A stretch of 64,000 bases of DNA. Source: Squalus acanthias (taxonomy: Eukaryota). Where the stretch lies: the NCBI GenBank assembly GCA_030390025.1, contig CM059433.1:6698001-6762000 (forward strand), given 5' to 3'. The stretch's first letter is position 1. Each line of letters starts with the position of its first letter. A program made the position numbers and the translations under genes. The notes beneath the pieces were generated by a model. It worked only from the letters and a program-made list of their open reading frames with translations. It was not told where the DNA came from and made no database searches. Positions 12,509 to 24,282 of this stretch are shown piece by piece.

Positions 12509-13695
12509 CTGGAGGCAAAAAAAACATCTCAATTTAAAAAAAAAATCAATTGCATATAGGACTTTGAACTGTCAGTCTATTTTGATGCAGCTTAAATTTA
12601 GGGAATAAAGTATCACCATTTCTCCATCTGTTGCCATCAGTTGTGCGATTACAACAATAACAACATGCATTTATATAGGGCCTTTAACGTAGAAAAACAT
12701 CCCAAGGTGCTTCAGAGAAGTGTTATTTTAGGTTTTTAACCACCCCAATTGTCAGAAAATTGGCAGAAAAAGTTTATCATTTTAAATGTAAATTGCATTT
12801 ATAAATATCAGTATAATCTCAAATTGTAATGCAGGAAAATTAGGTACACAGCCTTAGAAGAGAGTACAACAGCCTTCAGATTTCTTTTCAGACCTAACTT
12901 AAAACAAACCATTACATTTTGATTACATTAGTTGATTATTTCAAATTCTCGGCTAATAGATATTTAAAGTACCGCTCCAGGCCAGATGGAATTGCTACGG
13001 TAGTGCCAATGTATAGGGAGTCTGATAACAAGGGGCATTGGGTGCAGGCTAGATTCAATGACCCTGCTCGCCTCCCACTCCAAATATAGAATCCTGCTCA
13101 CGTCATCGATTAAGCAGCCATGTGAAGTCTGCATGTCTACAGAGCTTCTACCAGGAAGTCCCCTCCTACAACATCTCTTTGTCCAAGAAAACAAACTCAA
13201 ATACTGATCTAGCTTAATATGAAATTCAGTTTTGTTCACATTCTTGCCCGACGATACCATTACACCACTCTCGTCTGAATGGGAGACGGAAAGTGTTTTA
13301 TCTGTTAAAATGCTACGTGATGCTATCATTATTTGAATGTGTACGAATACTTGTACATCATACATTGCATATTCAAATCCGCAAAAAGGTCTTATTTTCG
13401 GCCATGAGATAAATAACATTCGCACCACGCTTAAGAAGGGCTGATTTCAAACCAACGGATTTGTAGTTACCACTGGCGGCTACACAATGTACACCTATTA
13501 GCCCCAAAACAGTGGTCCTTTGCCGTTGTTGCATTCAAAGCCTTTTCTAGTTTTTCCTCCCGGTTTAACATCTTTCTGAAAACGCAGTCTGCAGGAGTAC
13601 TTGTAAGCATTCGGTGACAGACACAAAATTCTCACAACCACTGTTTTTTTCAATTTTATATAAATAATACATTGCTGCATATTTAATGTACTTAC

Positions 13696-13746
13696 GTTAC
13701 GCGGATCTTCCTTTTCTGCAGCTTGAGGTGGAGAATTGCACCGCAT
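13696..13746 (-). CDS. KLF11: KLF11 coding exon 1 (MRCNSPPQAAEKEDPRN)
   Basis: ATG at 13746-13744, 17 codons, then donor gtaagt at 13695; phase 0 matches exon 2; lies just downstream of the CCAAT/GC-box promoter; short first coding exon as in mammalian KLF11. Confidence 0.8.
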
Positions 13747-13899
13747 TTTTTGTTTAATCAATGGAAACAATATAACACTGGGGTGGGGGGCAATCCAGGC
13801 AAGAACTCGCCAAATGGTAGCAACAGAAATAACAAATTCACTCCGGGGTGGACATAACCACCCGGTTGCAACACCCAGACAAAAAAATTACATTACAGC

Positions 13900-14230
13900 T
13901 GGAGCTTCCAGCCAATGGGAGACAAAGGTGTAGCAAGCGCCGGCCAATGGGGGCGCGGCGAGCGCGTGATCAGGGGCTGATCGCTGGCGTGGCCGCGCTC
14001 CGTCACCGGCGTGATTGGCTGGGAGGCCGCGGGTGGCCCCGCCCCCTCCCAGCCCCCCGGCCCCGGCCCCGCCCCCTCAGCTGGTGTCAGTGTGAACCGA
14101 CTGAACCTGGCGCTGCAAAAACTCGGGGAAAGGTTACGTGGCGTCGGGGCTGTGTTGTACTTGCTGCTGCTTGCACAGTGTAAACATCAAGAGAGAGCAG
14201 CTCATCTATGGGGGGGGGCGGGGCGGGGGC
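13900..14230 (-). promoter_or_regulatory. KLF11: KLF11 CpG-rich promoter
   Basis: Three CCAAT boxes (~13912, ~13943, ATTGG ~14014), GC boxes (ccccgcccc ~14037 and ~14067; ggggcgggg ~14215-14229) and high CpG density just upstream of exon 1. Confidence 0.8.
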
Positions 14231-14401
14231 AGATACCGACAAATCTGGAAACTGTTTTTTTCCCCTTTCAACGGCTGAAGTCAGCAAGTTTGTTTTGCAT
14301 GGCTTTTTTTTTAAATGCCACTTCCTCACTGCTGCTTAAAGCTGTACCTTTTTTTCTAAAGGAAATCATTTTTTTTAAAAGAAAAAGACTTGGATTTATG
14401 T

Positions 14402-15012
14402 GTCAGCCGTGGCTCAGTGGGTAGCGCCCTCGCCTCTGAGTCAGAAGGTTGTGGGTTCACAGTCCCCACTCCAGGCACTTGAGCACGTAAAGCTAGGCTG
14501 ACACTCCAGTGCAGTGCTGAGGAGTGCTGCACTGTCGGAGGTGCCATCTTTCAGATGAGACGTTAAACCGAGGCCCCGTCTGCTCTCTCAGGTGGACGTA
14601 AAAGATCCCGCGGCACTATTTTGAAGAAGAGCTGGGGAGTTATCCCCGCTGTCCTGGCCAATATTTATCCCTCAATCAACACAACAAAAACAGATTATCT
14701 GGTGAGCACTTGAAACGCCATAGCATACAAGGCTACGGACCAAGTGCTGGAAAATGGGATAAGAATAGATAGGGCTTGATGGCCGGTGCAGACACGATGG
14801 TCCGAAGGGCCTCTTTCTGTGCTGTATAAATCTATGACTCTATGGTCATTATCACATTGCTGTTTGTGGGAGCTTGCTGTGTGCAAATTGGCTGCCACGT
14901 TTCCCACATTACAACAGTGACTACACTTCAAATAGTACTTCACTGGCTGTAAAGCGCTTTGAGTCGTCTGGTAGTCGTGAAAGGCGCTATAGAAATGCAA
15001 GTCTTTCTTCTT
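14402..15012 (+). mobile_element. tRNA-derived DeuSINE (SacSINE1-like), interrupted by a CR1 3' tail at ~14704-14843
   Basis: A box tggctcagtgg and B-box-like ggttca; Deu-like core gatgagacgttaaaccgaggccccgtctg...aaagatccc; tail ...gcaagtctttcttc. Confidence 0.8.
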
Positions 15013-15059
15013 TACATTGCGCCTTTCACGACCACCGGACGTTTCAAACATACAATACA

Positions 15060-15222
15060 ACCCCTCCTCCTTTTCCCTGCCCCTGCACTTGCTTAAATAT
15101 CTGTGGCTTCTCCAACATTTTCCACTTCTGACGAAGGGTCATCGACCTGAAACGTTAACTCTGTTTCTCTCTCCACAGATGCTGCCTGACCTGCTGTGTG
15201 TTTCCAGCATTTTCTGTTGTTG
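15060..15222 (+). mobile_element. Penelope-like terminal fragment with hammerhead motif
   Basis: ctgacgaagggtcatcgacctgaaacgttaac at 15128-15159; same family as 2458-2865. Confidence 0.75.
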
Positions 15223-15559
15223 TCCTCAAATATGCATTTTTATTTCCAATTCAACTGAGGCTGTCTTTATTTTTGATTAATAAGTTCTCGTCGGATGCAT
15301 TATTTTCCTTTCTGCACATGTTGCTTCCAAAAGTGGGTGTATGCCAATCGCAGCTCTGTAAATGTTCCAGGATTACTTTTCCTGAGATTTGCTTTGTCCT
15401 CACGGCTGCCGCCTTCTCCGTCTAGTGCATACCGTGACCTCTCTTGCACCCTCGGTGGGAGCAGAAACGCATCTCCACCCTTTCATCACCTGGTGCAGTA
15501 TTTTGGAAAGAGATAATGCAATTGCTGGATAATTGAAGAGTGAAGACATGTCGGAAGCA

Positions 15560-15990
15560 CAGCAGGCTTGTCAACATTGGGATTGATAGATACACAAGCT
15601 GCATTCTAACAAAATCTTACATTAAAACTAAGCTCCAAAACGGAGATAAATTAAGTGGAAAGTGGGTGGGAGAAACTGACAGAAAAATGGGAGAGGCAGT
15701 TAAGGCCTGAAATAGCTGAAGTAAAGAGCTACAGAGTGCCAAGAAGAAAGATGAGAAGTTTGCGTTGAGTAGTGTAGGAGGTCAAAGATGCACCTATCAA
15801 GAGTGGGAAAGAAAAGGAAAGTTAATATGGTAAGTCACAAAGAGGTCAGGATTGCATTTACAGGCAGAACAGAGAAGTTCAGCAAAGTGGTCGCCCAATC
15901 TGCATCTGTTCTTGCGGAAGAGGCTACACTGTGAGCACTGAATATAGTATACTGGATTGGGGGAAGTTTGCTTAAGTTGCTGGAAGTTTA
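15560..15990 (-). mobile_element. Decayed Penelope-like element, GIY-YIG endonuclease region
   Basis: Minus strand gives degenerate NPVYYIQCSQCSL...RLGDHFAELLCS, resembling Penelope LVYCIRC...RLGDRF.EH. Confidence 0.6.
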
Positions 15991-15996
15991 GCTCTT

Positions 15997-18900
15997 TGGA
16001 CCTGGAAGCAGTGCAGAAAGAAGTTCAATGACCTGATCCGGGCTGCTAAGGTAAGACTCCCATTCACAGTCTTGTCATTGTCAGTACAGCCCTGCCTATC
16101 TCTTTGACCAAGCTTTTGGTCATCTGCCCTAATATCTCCTTATGTGGCTCGGTGTCAAATTTTGTTCTATATCGCTCCTATGAAGCTCCTTGGGATGTTT
16201 TACTATGCTAAAGGTGCTATATAAAGACACGTTGTTGTTGTTGTTGTTGTGGTAACAGCACCAACGGAAATCTTGAACTCCCCCGCTTTACTTTCCTCTC
16301 ATCCAATCACTGCAACACCCTTCAGTGGGTCTCCTTCTGCTGCCACTTCCAAACTCTGTCGTGGCGCTCGCAAATAATGTCCTCCCTCGCACACACCTGA
16401 CGCTTCTTCATAACACCAGACCATGTATTCTACTCTCACACACACAGAGGTTCAGAACTGTTCAGCATGCCACTCACTAAAACACTCCTCTTTCCTTTCG
16501 GGGGACAAACTAGTACACAATGCCAGGGTAGAGGACCTGCACAGGAGAAGGGACTGTATTGTTTCACAAGCCCTCTGCTGCTGAAGAGGCTGCTGTGGAT
16601 ATCCTGGTGTTAGAGGATGTATTTATTAATCATTGGATGACCTATCTATTCCTCATAATTAATAAAGCTCTTGAAACGTTTATGTTATACGCTTATAAAT
16701 TTATTAGTATTATACTACTTACAATCCCACTCGATGATTGGGGAATCAAACACGTTACAGTTCTGAGCTCAGTCTCCAGGTTGGCTAACCCTCCGAATCC
16801 GAATCCCCATTACAATACCTTACTTTATATACCTTAATTGCGTAAAAGTTTCTTATCAAAATGTCCTTATATGGCATGCTCAGCATGACCTGATCACATC
16901 TAACTTTACATTTCTGAGCTACAGTACAATGATCAGTTTCTAATTTACAATGATCTTATTGACATGGATCAAAATGACTCAACCTTGAGGCAGCCTGTTT
17001 TTCTTAACTTGACTGAAGTAGCCAAGTTCCCCTTATCTTTCCTTTTGAAGTCGCCAGACCATTCTCCAATTAAATTTTAACGAGGTTAGTAACAAGGAGA
17101 ATAAATGCCAAGTGGGATCTGCCATCCTCAGAATCGCCAGAAGTGGGATTTAGCAGGGACTGGAATCTCTGTTTCTTGATTTTACAGGAGTCAGCGTTCT
17201 TCATTTGAACCCTTTTTCATGCCTGTCTCCTTACACTGGGTAGAGGGAGAGCCAGAGCTGGCGCAGAGGGCGAGGCAGGAAGAAACGTGCCACCAGGTGC
17301 TTGGCCCTGCAACCATCCATTTCTTTTATCACTTAACTAGCCCCCTCACTTAATCTACATCACAGCTTGCTGCTTCATTTGCAACAATTTACCATTGCCT
17401 CTAGCTACTGACCATTTTCTCTATTCCCTCTTTCCAGGTCCTGATGAAGTCCCAGGCCCATTGGCAGTAGAAAAGGAGGAAGAATCTGCAACTGAAGATG
17501 CACCATAATTCACTCTGATACTTGTATGCACTTGCTCAGAAATTGGCACCCGTAACCTTCAGATAGTGACTTAGAGGGGTCAGCACCGGGGGATGCAGTG
17601 CCTACACATTGCAACACATTGGAGGAGTCGATTTCCAACTTGTGTGTAGCAGTCACACATGGCGTTGAGTCACTGCATGGAGCATATGGTGGCCTCTCAC
17701 TGCAGACTGCAGTTGGGCTGTTATCCAGGAGTCTCTGGCAGCAGTGATAGCGTCTCTCAGGAATGCACATACTGAGGCCGTGAAATGGGTCCACCATTTC
17801 CTCCAGCTTACTAAGCTTGAAACGAAGCATGGATAGGGCCTGCCAAGATGTCAAAGCACTCCAACAGTCTTCTCTCCCGCAGATCAGTGAGGGTGCGGAG
17901 GCAGCTCCCCATGTGGGTGGCAGTGGCACGATGGGAGAGGTGCATGTTGCCCTCTCTCGGGATGACAGCATGTCTGCTCCCCCCTCGCCGCCTGTGCCAG
18001 TCCTGGTGCCGTGAAGCCAGCTGGGCCAGACTGTTGCAGCAGCAGCCGAGATGCCACTGTCTGCAGCCGAGCCGTCTGAGGTTGCCGGCCAATAGCCATC
18101 TCAAGTTCCTTCATTGGAATCCCAGCAGCTTTCTATATACCATGCTGAGACACTTGGGGAACAGCTAGTAGGAGCACGAGAGTAGGTAGAAGAGCACTTA
18201 AGACAGGCACTAAGGGTTTGCTCCAGGGTGAAGAGTAATTAATGGCAAGTGTAAGGATCACTTTACATTTTTTTATTCGAAGCACTCTTGCATCTGGCCT
18301 TGCTCTTCCTCATCATCTTCAGTATCTTCCTCTCGCACATGGACCTCCACCTTCATGTCTTCCTCTGCAGTTGGCTTGATGGATTGGTCCCTCTGGATGG
18401 CAAAGTTGTGCAGCATACAGCAGGCAGTGCCAATCCTGGAGACACTCTGGTGGCTCTACTGTAGGATACCTCCAGACCTATTTAGGCAGCGGAAGCGTAG
18501 CTTCAGGAGGCCTTTGGTCTGTTCGAACAGGGCTCAAATGGAGGCACGGTACTGATTGTACCTCATCTTTGCACCTGTGCTCGGGTTTCTAAGAGGTGCC
18601 ATTAGCGAGGTCCGGAGAGAATAGTCTTTGTCCCCAAGCAGTCAGCTTCTGACCCAATGCTTGGGGTCAAAGAGAGGGGGGGGATTGAGGACTGGCACAG
18701 GATGAAGGCATCATGGCAGCTACCTGGAAACCTGGCACAGACCTAATGATGTGTTGCATGTTGCTGCACACCAGCTGGGCGTTCAGTAAGTGAAATCCAT
18801 TCCTATTCATGTAGACTGCAGGCTCTTCTATTGGAACACGCAAGATACGTGTGCAGCTAATGATGCGCTGCGCCTGGAGAAAGCATGCAATCCTGTCAAA

Positions 18901-19801
18901 GTCCAGAGCCCTGTCGTAATTGCTTCGTGGCATCCATGGGGAAGGATATTGGCTTTGGCAAAGAATGCACCCATCACCTGGAGAATGCAGACCTGCACAG
19001 CTGATTAGCTGATGTTGCAAAGGTCACCTGAATGACCCTGAGGCATAAAAGTTCAGGGCCACGGTGATTTTGACAGCCACAGGTAAGGATGTACAGGTAC
19101 ATGACTTTCTGCTGGGCTGCGGCAGGCGACAGGGTTCTGTGATGGCACCCCGGTAAAGCGGAGCCTCCTCGCACACTGCTCCTCGGCGAGCTGTGGGTAA
19201 GAAGTTCTGGGCCTGTCCCCTCTTGTGGGGCAAGGCCTTTTGCGAGCTGCTCTCCTTCTATCTCTCTCTCTGCAGCTGCCACTCCCTGGACTCTAGCCTG
19301 CTCCTCCTCCCCAGACACAATGGCAGTGCAAGTACAAAAACCCATTGAAACCAATCAGAAGTTAGCCAGAAGTCCCTGGCCAAAACGATTCTGCTAACTC
19401 ACCAAATTACTTTCACAAAGAATTACTGCTAGTTCCAGAAGTCAAAACTCCCAAAGAAGCTCAAAGGCAGCACACTAGCAGTCTGAATAAACTCACCAGC
19501 GATTGACCTGTGAGCAGCTGATAATCCCTTTAAATATCATCAGAAATGGTGCCCTCCAGGCTGTTCATGCCCATGATTTCTGTGACTGATATAGAATTGG
19601 TGAATATGACGCCAAAGTTGTTGAAAAAGGCTGATCCATAATCAGCATGCTTAAATAGCCGGGCGCGCTGGACGCCTAACAGAATCCCCCTTCAAAGTGG
19701 CAACTGGCAAATTCTGCGTGTAAAATGGGCACATGACCTTCAGTGCCTTGGTGCTCATTGTTTGGGAGGCAAAACTGGCATTTCCAAGTCGAAAATTCCC
19801 C
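15997..19801. mobile_element. Decayed PIF/Harbinger transposon: Myb/SANT gene remnant (+) and DDE transposase remnant (-)
   Basis: + strand WTWKQCRKKFNDLIRAAK then gtaaga (15997-16050); - strand transposase motifs; terminal gaaaattcccc at ~19791-19801. Confidence 0.7.
18330..19330 (-). pseudogene. Harbinger (HARBI1-like, DDE_Tnp_4) transposase remnant
   Basis: LPVAVKITVALNFYASGSF; YMNRNGFHLLNAQLVC; LLGDKDY; EQTKGLLKLRFRCLNRSGG; multiple frameshifts. Confidence 0.85.
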
Positions 19802-20710
19802 TGTTATTTCAGGAACGCAGTTGTGCAAACTCAGGTCCTCAGATGAAAGAGGACGGAGTTGGAGAAACTGTGAGAAAAGGATGGTGTCGTTTCAGTAAGT
19901 GGAGCTTGGAAAGAAACATAATCCAGTTAGTTGTGGGAGAAAATGGGCTTGTACTCTGTGACTGTGGAAAGCCCATTGCTGGAAGTGGAGAGAGATAAGG
20001 CCAGGAAGGGAAGGGAAGGAAGAGATGAACCGTGCAGATGAGTGAAAATGGGAAACATAATTAATGACATTGTCAAATTAAGAGCAAAAGCAGGAAGAAG
20101 CACCAACACAGTCATCATTGTAAAGGTGGAAGAGGTCAGCAATGGTGTCGGAGAAAGATTGGAACAGAAAAAGTCAGGCACAGCTGGGACCCACGTGGGT
20201 TCCCACAGTGACAAGTTATATCTGGAGATGTGTGGAGTTAAAAAAAAGAATTTGTTTGGGATGTGAACAAGTTCAACCCAGCAAATGAGAGTGGTAGTGG
20301 GTGGGGACTGGATGTTGCCTTGCTCAAGGAAGCAGTGGAGATCTTGAAGACCATCCCAGTGAGGGTTAGAGGCTAAGAGAGAATATGGGCCAAAGAATCT
20401 GAAACTGGTCAAAGCAGCAGAGAGCATTAGAACAGTCATGGCCGTGGATAGGTAGAGACTAGACAGGGAGGGAATGGAGTCAAGATAAGAGGAGACTAGC
20501 TCAGTGGAACAGGATCAAACAGGGGGTCTACAGAGACAGTCCTGTTTAAGACTCTTGGAGAGAAGGTAAAAGCTGGCAGTGTGATGCTGGGGAACAGTGG
20601 CATTGGAGGAAGATCCTCGGAAGAGATGAGAGCATTGACAGTTGAGAAATGATGATATGGTGTTTGGTACTGGGGTCATGGTCCAAGTGTTGATAGGAAG
20701 ATGAGTCACA
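19802..20710 (-). mobile_element. Decayed Penelope-like element, reverse transcriptase region
   Basis: TASFYLLSKSLKQDCLCRPPV and PHWDGLQDLHCFLEQ...PPTTTLICWVELV, resembling Penelope RT motifs (FYLLPKIHK...RPIVS). Confidence 0.75.
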
Positions 20711-20869
20711 AAGCTATCAATCAGTTCTTAATGTCAGTTCTGCATACTGTTTCCTGACAATCTGGCATGCAGTATGCCCGATGTACATCACACCAATGTG
20801 CAATGGGTGTCCAGCTTACGCGTCAGCAGTAAGTACACTGGAGATCATGGAAAGGATATGATAATATTA

Positions 20870-21003
20870 ATACAAAAAGAAAATACTGCAGATGCTGGAA
20901 ATCTGAAATAAAAACAGAAAATGCTGGAGATACTCAGCAGGTCAGGCAGCATCTGTGAAGAGAGAGAAACAGAGTTAACGTTTCAGGTCGATGACCTTTC
21001 GTC
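20870..21003 (-). mobile_element. Penelope-like terminal fragment, truncated within the hammerhead core
   Basis: Same tail as 2458-2590; degenerate TSD atgataatatta / atggtaatatta. Confidence 0.7.
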
Positions 21004-21454
21004 ATGGTAATATTAGCTCAGCCATTTCTGCATTGGTTTTTATTGTTGGTCTTTCTCCTGCTGACACTGAAGACTAAATGAGAACTTTGTGGCCGTTGTT
21101 TTGCATCGTTTATTATTTTCCCCAGCACCGTTACTGGCACCAATGGGTTCCCCAAACGGAATCCCCTCTGTTACAAATTCGGGTCTTCACAGGTTCAGTG
21201 GTGTCAGTTGTTCCCATAAGCCGTCTGAGCATTTTACTTTCATGAAAGTTTACTCGCGCTGCCCAATATCTACTTGCACAATAGCACAACCCGGGGAGAG
21301 TGGAGGGGGGAGGGGGGTTGTAACAATAGTACCCCCTTATGACCAGAACTGGATCTTCGTGGCGTCTGTACGAACCCTCACACGCCTCTCGAATCTTTCA
21401 AATGGTGGGTAAACACTTGTTAAGACAAGTCCAGATATGAATTATTTAGCTGTT

Positions 21455-22165
21455 CATAGAGTCATAGAAAGATACAGCACAAAAAGGAGGCCATTCGACC
21501 CATCGTGCCTGTGCCGGCTCTTTGGTAGAGCTCTCCAATTGGTCCCACTCCAGTGCTCTTGCCCCATAGCCCTGTAAATGTTTTCCCTTCAAGTATTTAC
21601 CCAATTCCCTTTTGAATGTTATTATTGAATCTGCTTCCACCACCCTTTCAGGCAGTGCATTCCAGATCACAACAACTCGTTGCGTAAAAAAATGTTTTCC
21701 TCGTGTCACCTCTGGTTCTTTTGCCAATTACTTCAAATCTGTGTCCTCTGGTTACTGACCCTCCTGCCACTGGAAACAGTTTCTCCTTGTTTACCAAAAC
21801 TGTTCATGATTTTGAATACCTCTATCAAATCTCCTCTAAGGAGAACAGTCCCAGCTTCTCCAGTCTCTCCACGTAACTGAAGTCTTTCATCCCTCCAGTC
21901 TGAAAAACAATTGTTTACCATTACTCTCTGCTTTCTGTCCCTCAGCCAATTTTGTATCCATGTTGCTACTGCCCCTTTTATCCCATGGGCTTTAATTTTG
22001 CTAACAAGTCTATTATGTGGTACTTTGTCAAATGCCTTTTGAAAGTCCATATAGACAACATCAACCGCACTACCCTCATCAACCCTCTCCGTTACTTCAT
22101 CAAAGAGCTCAATCAAGTTAGTCAAACATGATTTGCCTTTAACAAATCCGTGCTGGCTTTCATTT
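21455..22165 (-). mobile_element. CR1 LINE 3' fragment with internal deletion
   Basis: YMDFQKAFDKVPH; LRGDLIEVFK; ctatgactctatg tail. Confidence 0.85.
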
Positions 22166-22404
22166 ATTGTTGTGTTTTTTCAGACAACAAATAAACTTAC
22201 AGAGAACCAGTTGTAATCAAAACCCACTTATTCTTCTCAGATTCACTTTGTTTCCCATTCTTAAAGAAAATAATAAATTCACCACACTATTCCACATGAA
22301 TGCACTGCCTTATTCATATTTTCAGAATCATCTAACTTTCTGTACAACTAATGGCTATAAGAAACGGAACCCTTAAATTTTGGCCATCAGCCCAGAGCGG
22401 AGTC

Positions 22405-22836
22405 TCCTCTCCATGCTCACTGACCTACATTGGCTCCTGGTCTGGCAACTCCTCGATCTTAAAATTCTCATCCTTCTACCTCTGTAACATCCTCCAGCCC
22501 TACAACCCTCCAAGATATCTGCGCTCCTCCAACTCTGGCCTCTTGCGCATCCCTGATTTTAATTGCTCCACCATTGGTGGCCGTACCTCATACCTTCAGC
22601 TGCCTGGGCCCTAAGCTCTGGAATTCCCTCCCTAAGCCTCTCCGCCTCTCTACCTCTCTCTCCTCCTTGAAGACGCTCCTTAAAACCTACCTCTGTGACC
22701 AAGTTTTGGCCATCTGTCCTAATATCCCCTTATGTGGCTTGGTGTCAAATTTTGGTTGTTAACGCTCCTATGAAGTGCCTTGGGACGTTTTACTACGTTA
22801 AAGAGGCTATATAAATGCAAGTTGTTGTTGTTGTTG
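22405..22836 (+). mobile_element. L2-like LINE 3' end
   Basis: YNPPRYLRSS...PKLWNSLP and a (ttg)n tail; similar tail at ~16100-16250. Confidence 0.7.
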
Positions 22837-24282
22837 CGGTCTTTTTCTTTCATCAGCCTGACTACCTTTCCTTTCCCCCGCAAGAGCGGAATCGACCTGG
22901 TTCATAACTTGGTAATGACCCCTGCTGAGTTTTTTCTATTTACCTCTGTGTCTAATGCTGCGGGGCCATTAATCATACCAAGATTGGCAATGAATTTTCA
23001 TAATCAACAAAGTAAGCCCCCTCTTGCGATTTCCCCCTTCAACTTTCTACTTAGTAAAAGGCAGCAACTTTAGGAGCTGTTACCCTAACTTTAGGAGCCA
23101 GCACCATTCGGAGAGAAGGGAAGAAAACTGGGGGTGGTGGTGGGGGAAACTGAATATTATGTGAAAAATATAAAAATGTCTCCCTTCATCACTATGATTA
23201 CATGAAGTCTTTTGGTGGAATGAAAAATTAACAGGAGGAATGAAAAAGAAATATGGAGATAAATGAGCCCAAAGTTTCCTGGCTGGAGGGATTGCAGCAA
23301 TTAATTTTAAATGCACTGTTAATAGCATAACACAGGGTCCAACCGATTGATTGCAGGTCACTTAAGCAGTCTTGCAGATCTGAGTTGCATACATGAGGGA
23401 CAGTCACAGTCTGCTACACTCCACATATGTTTCATGTCAGCAAGTATATTTTTTTGCGGGTTCTGCATTTAGATGGGCAACAATCCAAGTATTAATTTGT
23501 GCTCATGCCTCCCGACTAATTGACTTGCCCTCCATGCAGATTGAAGGCATTGCTCCAGACCGGCAGGAATGCAGAAGTGGCTGTTACTGTGTTCAATTCA
23601 CTGAAAATGGTGCGTGACCTTGAATGCTTGGCTGCCCCTGAGCCAACGAAAATTTCAGGTAACACCAACACTTACATACCACAGGTTTAAGATTCAATTT
23701 TGAAACCCCCCTTCTCCTTTATGGATCTGATCCAGCTAAAAAATTGGCAAAAAGTCCCCCTCTCCTACTGTGTGATGTTGGTAGATTTGCTCAAAGTAAG
23801 ACACAGGCAGTGGACCGTGCAATCTGCTCCTCTGACAAATGATGCAAAATGCTTTTATTTCTCTCCCTTGACTACCATCCTTAAGAGGATTTGTTTGCTG
23901 TAGGTAATCATTTTCTAGCTTGCTTATCTGCAGGAGCCCAGTGCCAGTTAAAGTTACTGTCACGTTAACAGGGAGAAGTGAAATGGGTTCATTGCAATGA
24001 GTCACGAGTCTCATTGATAGGGATTTAGGGTTAGAAATAATAATGGTGATGCTGGGTGAGCTTTTTCACACTACTTTTCTCTTCAGGAAAAAAAAATTAA
24101 AATCTAAACACGTTACAGGTTGCACTTATATTGCAAGTGTAGAGTCGGGGTGAAGCAGTTATAGTGTAAATGTGGCCGGAATCCAGAGTCACCAGAGCAA
24201 AATGGAGTGAAACTCCCTGGAGGAGATAGTCTTACTCTGCTTCACTTCAAAGTCAGTTCGGGCCTTAATGCTTGATTTGCAC

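Noticed and set aside
9840..13746. KLF10 as alternative identity
   Set aside because: The [15 protein letters not shown]-terminus, WQAEV C-terminus and linkage to a GRHL1-type gene favour KLF11
14402..14475. tRNA gene
   Set aside because: tRNA-like A/B boxes continue into a SINE body; the same applies at ~37475-37546
18330..19330. Domesticated HARBI1 host gene
   Set aside because: Multiple frameshifts and degraded catalytic motifs; TE context
20870..21003. This terminus as the pseudo-LTR of the adjacent decayed Penelope ORF
   Set aside because: It has its own TSD-like flanks and looks much younger than the ORF remnant
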